A stretch of DNA of 64,000 nucleotides from an uncultured delta proteobacterium (GTDB taxonomy: Bacteria > Desulfobacterota > Syntrophia > Syntrophales > Smithellaceae). This document shows, piece after piece, positions 59,915 through 64,000 of the stretch (position 1 is the stretch's first letter; every line of letters begins with the position of its first letter). Where the stretch lies: contig CAWEQT010000001.1 in NCBI GenBank assembly GCA_963811325.1, forward strand, positions 1,301,859 to 1,365,858, in the 5' to 3' direction. The notes under the pieces are model-generated. The model searched no databases and was not told the DNA's origin. It worked only from the letters and a program-made list of their open reading frames with translations. A program made the position numbers and the translations under genes.

Positions 59915-62032
59915 ATGCCTTTTAATGTTGATCTTTCATTTGCGGCGGCGGGCGTTACTATTGCAGTGATTGTCATCGGCATTTACCGCGGGCCGCGTTC
60001 TTTTGTTCAGGGTATATTTGCCTTCGGCATGGTGCTTCTGTCTCTGGAGGCTGCACTCACTGGTCTTGTTTATCAGTCAAACTCACTTTCGGGATTCCTT
60101 TTCTGGCAGCGGTTGCGGTTTATTGTAGCCTCTCTTGTACCGGCTGCCTGGCTGTTCTTCAGCATCAGCTTTGCCCGCGCTAATTATTCCGAACAAATAT
60201 CTAAATGGAAGTGGGTTTTGCTGCTGGCAGTTGTTGCGCCGCTTTCCCTGATTACTATTTTTAATAATGACTTTATTTCTTTAGTTCTGGCGCCGCAAAA
60301 TTCGTCAACTCTGTTTATCCGGATAGGATGGTCCGGCTATCTATGGCACATAATCTCTATTATACTATCCATAGCCATTCTCATGAATCTGGAAAGAACT
60401 TTCCGTCATTCTACCGGGCACATTCGCTGGCAGACCAAATTCATGTTTCTGGGTATAGGCAGTATTTTTGGAATACGGCTTTTTACGGACAGTCAGGTTG
60501 TCCTCTTCAACGGCGTGGATACAGGTCTTTATTTAGTTGATCTGGGCGCTCTTCTGATAGCCGACTTTTTTATTTTCCGGTCGCTATTTCGCGGCAAGCC
60601 GCTGAATGTCAGCATTCAGCTTTCACACCAGTTTCTCTATACTTCCTTCACTATCCTGATTGTTGGCGCATATTTTATATCACTGGGAATGATTGCCTGG
60701 GTTTCGCTGCATTTCGAATGGCTCAGAAATATCAACCTGGCTATCTTCCTGACTTTTGTTGTAATAATTGGATTGGCCACTTTTCTGCTTTCCGATCGGC
60801 TGAGAACAAAACGAAAACGTTTCATCAGCCGGCATTTAAAGCGTCCGCAATACGATTATCAAAAAATATGGGAAGACTTCACCCAGAGAACTGCCTCTGT
60901 AACAAAAACTAACGAGTTATGTAATATTATCGTCAAGATGGTGTCGGATACACTGGGGATTCTTTCCGTCAGCATCTGGCTTGTTGACGAAAAGCAGGAA
61001 CAATTATCTTTTGGCGGGTCAACGGTGTTTACCGCAGATCAGATCGAAGAAATGAACTTTTTCAAAGAAGGAGGAAAGGAGCTGATCCGCGCCATGATTA
61101 ATCAAAAAATGCCGCTTGATTTGAAAGGGCGAGAAGATGACTGGGTTTCTGATCTGGCCCATACCTATAAATTGGAAACCAAGGAATCACGCATCCGCTA
61201 CTGCGTTCCTCTTAATGCCGCCGGACAGCTAATTGGAATAATGACCTTAAGCGAAAAAGTATTTTATGAATCGCTTACCTTTGAAGAATCGGAACTGATT
61301 AAAACTATTTCCGATCAGGCCGCGGCCGCTTTATTGGGCCTGAGACTTTCCGAACGTCTGCGTCAGACAAAGGAACTGGAGGCATTTCAGACCATGTCTG
61401 CTTTTTTTATGCACGATTTGAAAAATCTGGCATCAAAACTGTCTCTGGTGACGCAAAATCTGCCCCTGCATATGGATAACCCGGAGTTCCGCACAGATGC
61501 GCTGAAAACTATTTCTCAGAGTGTATCCAAAATTAACAAGATGAGCAGCCGCCTTTCTCTCTTAAGCCAGAAAATTGATCTTTCCTTTCGCGAAACAAAT
61601 ATAAATGACCTGATAACCGCAACTATCTCCGATTTGAAAGAATATGTAAAGGTTCCGGTATCTCAGAATTTCGATCGGAACATGCCTCTGCTTCCCATAG
61701 ATCAGGAACAAATGCACAAAGTACTTGAAAATCTGCTCATGAATGCATACGATGCGATGGGAAATGATGGCCAAATTTCTGTTGCTACAATTTTTCAGGA
61801 TAACTGGGTGGAAATTTCCGTAAGCGATACCGGCTGCGGAATTTCTAAAGAATTTTTGGAGAAAAATATTTTCCGTCCTTTTCAGACAACAAAAAAGCAG
61901 GGGATGGGCATTGGCCTTTATCATTGTAAAACTATTGTAGATGCACATGGCGGTAAACTTTACGTGGAAAGCGAGGAAGGCAAGGGAACTGTATTCAAAA
62001 TACTGCTGCCGCCTGGCAGAAACCGTGAATGA
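59915..62032 (+). CDS. prsK: PEP-CTERM system histidine kinase PrsK
   Basis: N-terminal TM block, LERTFRHS, GAF domain, H-box FMHDLKN, NLLMNA, DTGCG, FQTTKKQGMGIGLY. Confidence 0.92.
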   Translation: MPFNVDLSFAAAGVTIAVIVIGIYRGPRSFVQGIFAFGMVLLSLEAALTGLVYQSNSLSGFLFWQRLRFIVASLVPAAWLFFSISFARANYSEQISKWKWVLLLAVVAPLSLITIFNNDFISLVLAPQNSSTLFIRIGWSGYLWHIISIILSIAILMNLERTFRHSTGHIRWQTKFMFLGIGSIFGIRLFTDSQVVLFNGVDTGLYLVDLGALLIADFFIFRSLFRGKPLNVSIQLSHQFLYTSFTILIVGAYFISLGMIAWVSLHFEWLRNINLAIFLTFVVIIGLATFLLSDRLRTKRKRFISRHLKRPQYDYQKIWEDFTQRTASVTKTNELCNIIVKMVSDTLGILSVSIWLVDEKQEQLSFGGSTVFTADQIEEMNFFKEGGKELIRAMINQKMPLDLKGREDDWVSDLAHTYKLETKESRIRYCVPLNAAGQLIGIMTLSEKVFYESLTFEESELIKTISDQAAAALLGLRLSERLRQTKELEAFQTMSAFFMHDLKNLASKLSLVTQNLPLHMDNPEFRTDALKTISQSVSKINKMSSRLSLLSQKIDLSFRETNINDLITATISDLKEYVKVPVSQNFDRNMPLLPIDQEQMHKVLENLLMNAYDAMGNDGQISVATIFQDNWVEISVSDTGCGISKEFLEKNIFRPFQTTKKQGMGIGLYHCKTIVDAHGGKLYVESEEGKGTVFKILLPPGRNRE

Positions 62033-62054
62033 CTGGAAGTGACGAGGTATTATT

Positions 62055-63407
62055 TTGCGAAAACAAAAACTATTAATCGTTGACGATGATGAAGATCTGC
62101 GCACTCAGATGAAATGGGCGTTAACGGCGGACTATGATGTTTATCTGGCTGAAGACCGGCAAAGCGCCATCGCCATTATAAATAAAGAGCAGCCGGCTGT
62201 AGTCACCCTGGATCTGGGTCTGCCGCCAAATCCCGTAGGTGTTGAAGAAGGTTTCGCTATCCTCGACCATATCCTTGATAACTATAGCCACACAAAAGTT
62301 ATTATCATAACCGGGCGCGGTGAAAAAGAAAATGCCCTGCGCGCTGTCGAAAAAGGCGCATACGACTTCTTTTACAAACCGATTGAATTAGACGAGCTGA
62401 AAGTTGTGTTGCGGCGAGCATTCCATGTTTCTCAACTGGAGAAGGAACAACGTGAGTTGCGGCATCGTTTAAGCGGCGACACTTTTGAAGACATGATTGG
62501 AACTTCCCAAAAAATGCAGGATGTCTTTTCCACCATTCGCAAAGTGGCAACAACTGACGCACCTGTTTTAATAAGGGGCGAAAGCGGTACCGGCAAAGAA
62601 CTGGTTGCCCGTGCCATTCACCGGCTGAGTATCCGCGAATCCAAGCCTTTTATTCCTATTAATTGCAGCGCCATTCCTGAAAATCTTATTGAAAGTGAAC
62701 TTTTTGGGCATGAGAAAGGAACATTCACTGGCGCGCATGCTCAGCGTAAAGGAAGATTTGAAATGGCTGAGGGAGGAACTCTTTTTCTTGATGAAGTTGG
62801 TGATCTTCCACTGACACTTCAAGTAAAACTTCTTCGTTTTCTTCAAGAAAAAATAATAGAACGTGTAGGAGGCAGAGAACAAATAGAGGTGGACACTCGA
62901 TTTTTGGCGGCTACCAATCGTGATCTTGAAGAAGCAATGAAAAATTCAACTTTCCGGGACGATTTATATTATCGTCTAAGCGTCATAAATATTTCTCTCC
63001 CGCCATTGAGGGAAAGAAATGTAGATGTCGTTATCTTGGCTAAAACTTTTCTGGATCGATATACAAGTGAAAATAGAAAAAAGATTAAAGGATTCACCCG
63101 TCAAGCTATCGAATCCATCGAACGCTACCCCTGGCCTGGAAATGTCCGAGAATTGGAGAACCGGATAAAACGAGCGGTAATTATGTCTGAGGGTAAAAAA
63201 ATTTCACCGAAAGACTTAGGAATGGAGTCAACTGTAGGCAAGGAAGAGTACATTGTGCTCAAAGATGCTCGCGAAATATTGGAAAAGGAGCTCATTTTAA
63301 AAGCCATAGCGCGAAATGAACAGAATCTAACTAAAGCAGCATCGGATCTTGGAGTCAGCCGTCCTACTTTATATGATTTAATGGAAAAATTAGGTATTCC
63401 AAGGTAA
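62055..63407 (+). CDS. prsR: PEP-CTERM-box sigma54 response regulator PrsR
   Basis: Receiver LDLGLPP, GESGTGKEL, ESELFGHEKGTFTGA, WPGNVRELEN, Fis-type HTH LGVSRPTLYDLM. Confidence 0.93.
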   Translation: MRKQKLLIVDDDEDLRTQMKWALTADYDVYLAEDRQSAIAIINKEQPAVVTLDLGLPPNPVGVEEGFAILDHILDNYSHTKVIIITGRGEKENALRAVEKGAYDFFYKPIELDELKVVLRRAFHVSQLEKEQRELRHRLSGDTFEDMIGTSQKMQDVFSTIRKVATTDAPVLIRGESGTGKELVARAIHRLSIRESKPFIPINCSAIPENLIESELFGHEKGTFTGAHAQRKGRFEMAEGGTLFLDEVGDLPLTLQVKLLRFLQEKIIERVGGREQIEVDTRFLAATNRDLEEAMKNSTFRDDLYYRLSVINISLPPLRERNVDVVILAKTFLDRYTSENRKKIKGFTRQAIESIERYPWPGNVRELENRIKRAVIMSEGKKISPKDLGMESTVGKEEYIVLKDAREILEKELILKAIARNEQNLTKAASDLGVSRPTLYDLMEKLGIPR

Positions 63408-63459
63408 ACTTTTGTCATAACGGAACAAATACAATAGAATGTTTTCGTGAGGCGGTCAT

Positions 63460-64000
63460 ATGCAACTTGAAAACGATCTGTATGGCATTGATAAGAGGTT
63501 TATTATAGAAGCCGGACATATCATTAATAGGGGGACGCTAAAGAACATCGCCGGTTTATCTGAGCATATCCGCTATGTCTCAATAAAAGACACCCGGCTG
63601 ATGAATGACCTGATCCAAGCCTTCAAAGATAAGCGGTATACAAATATCTTCTATCCTCCCGAAACTAACCTGAAGATAATTCGTCATATATGCCGCATAA
63701 CTATGCCTAAAAATATATTGTCTGAGCTTGCGCATATGAAAAAGGTAATGCCGTATACTTATCACCATGTCCTGATAATCGCCCTTCTTGCTACAAAGAC
63801 AGCCTTAGACAATTCACTAAAAATTAAATATGCACCGGATATAACCATACGCCTGAGCCTTTTTCACGATCTCGGCAAATCGCGTCTGCTGCTACGCATT
63901 CTGAATAAGCGTTCACCGCTCACAAGGGAAGAACGCCGCATATTAAAAACGCATCCATTGATAGGATATGTTCTTTTGCATTATTATTTCGGCAAATACC
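63460..64000 (+). CDS. HD / HD-GYP-like phosphohydrolase, 3' end cut off by the window edge
   Basis: Manual translation, open to the window end: YTYHHVL...LFHDLGKS...ILNKRSPLTREE...KTHPLIG. Confidence 0.8.
   Translation, partial: MQLENDLYGIDKRFIIEAGHIINRGTLKNIAGLSEHIRYVSIKDTRLMNDLIQAFKDKRYTNIFYPPETNLKIIRHICRITMPKNILSELAHMKKVMPYTYHHVLIIALLATKTALDNSLKIKYAPDITIRLSLFHDLGKSRLLLRILNKRSPLTREERRILKTHPLIGYVLLHYYFGKY

Noticed and set aside
815-63768. Numerous short antisense or overlapping ORFs in the six-frame track
   Set aside because: They lie opposite well-supported genes, with no motifs or RBS, as expected by chance in AT-rich DNA

Overview
AT-rich bacterial window; gene content suggests a deltaproteobacterium of the Syntrophales type (inference only). 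Bases 1-13.5 kb are housekeeping genes on the minus strand: panC with a pan-motif attenuator, mltD-like transglycosylase, frameshifted prfB, lnt, corC-like, a radical SAM gene, tRNA-Asp/Val, lon-clpX-clpP-tig and tRNA-Leu. The remaining ~50 kb is a PEP-CTERM/exosortase A and Wzy-type exopolysaccharide locus. It carries three PEP-CTERM genes, prsT, wza/wzc-like export genes, about 20 sugar-synthesis and modification genes, three paralogous secreted beta-helix proteins, xrtA, prsK, prsR and a partial HD-GYP-like gene. Main observations: (1) a sigma54 plus 17-bp enhancer regulon readable from the DNA; (2) a triple-tandem c-di-GMP-I riboswitch with compensatory changes between copies, placed behind a sigma54 promoter; (3) an RHH-PilZ regulator and a priming glycosyltransferase with a degenerate GGDEF-like domain; (4) two PEP-CTERM proteins with the three motifs of Cys-Gln thioester adhesin domains; (5) six phased 7-bp degenerate arrays at gene junctions, two of which bracket a self-contained AAA+/nuclease-like gene like a cassette. 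No database searches were run; family names come from motif recognition.
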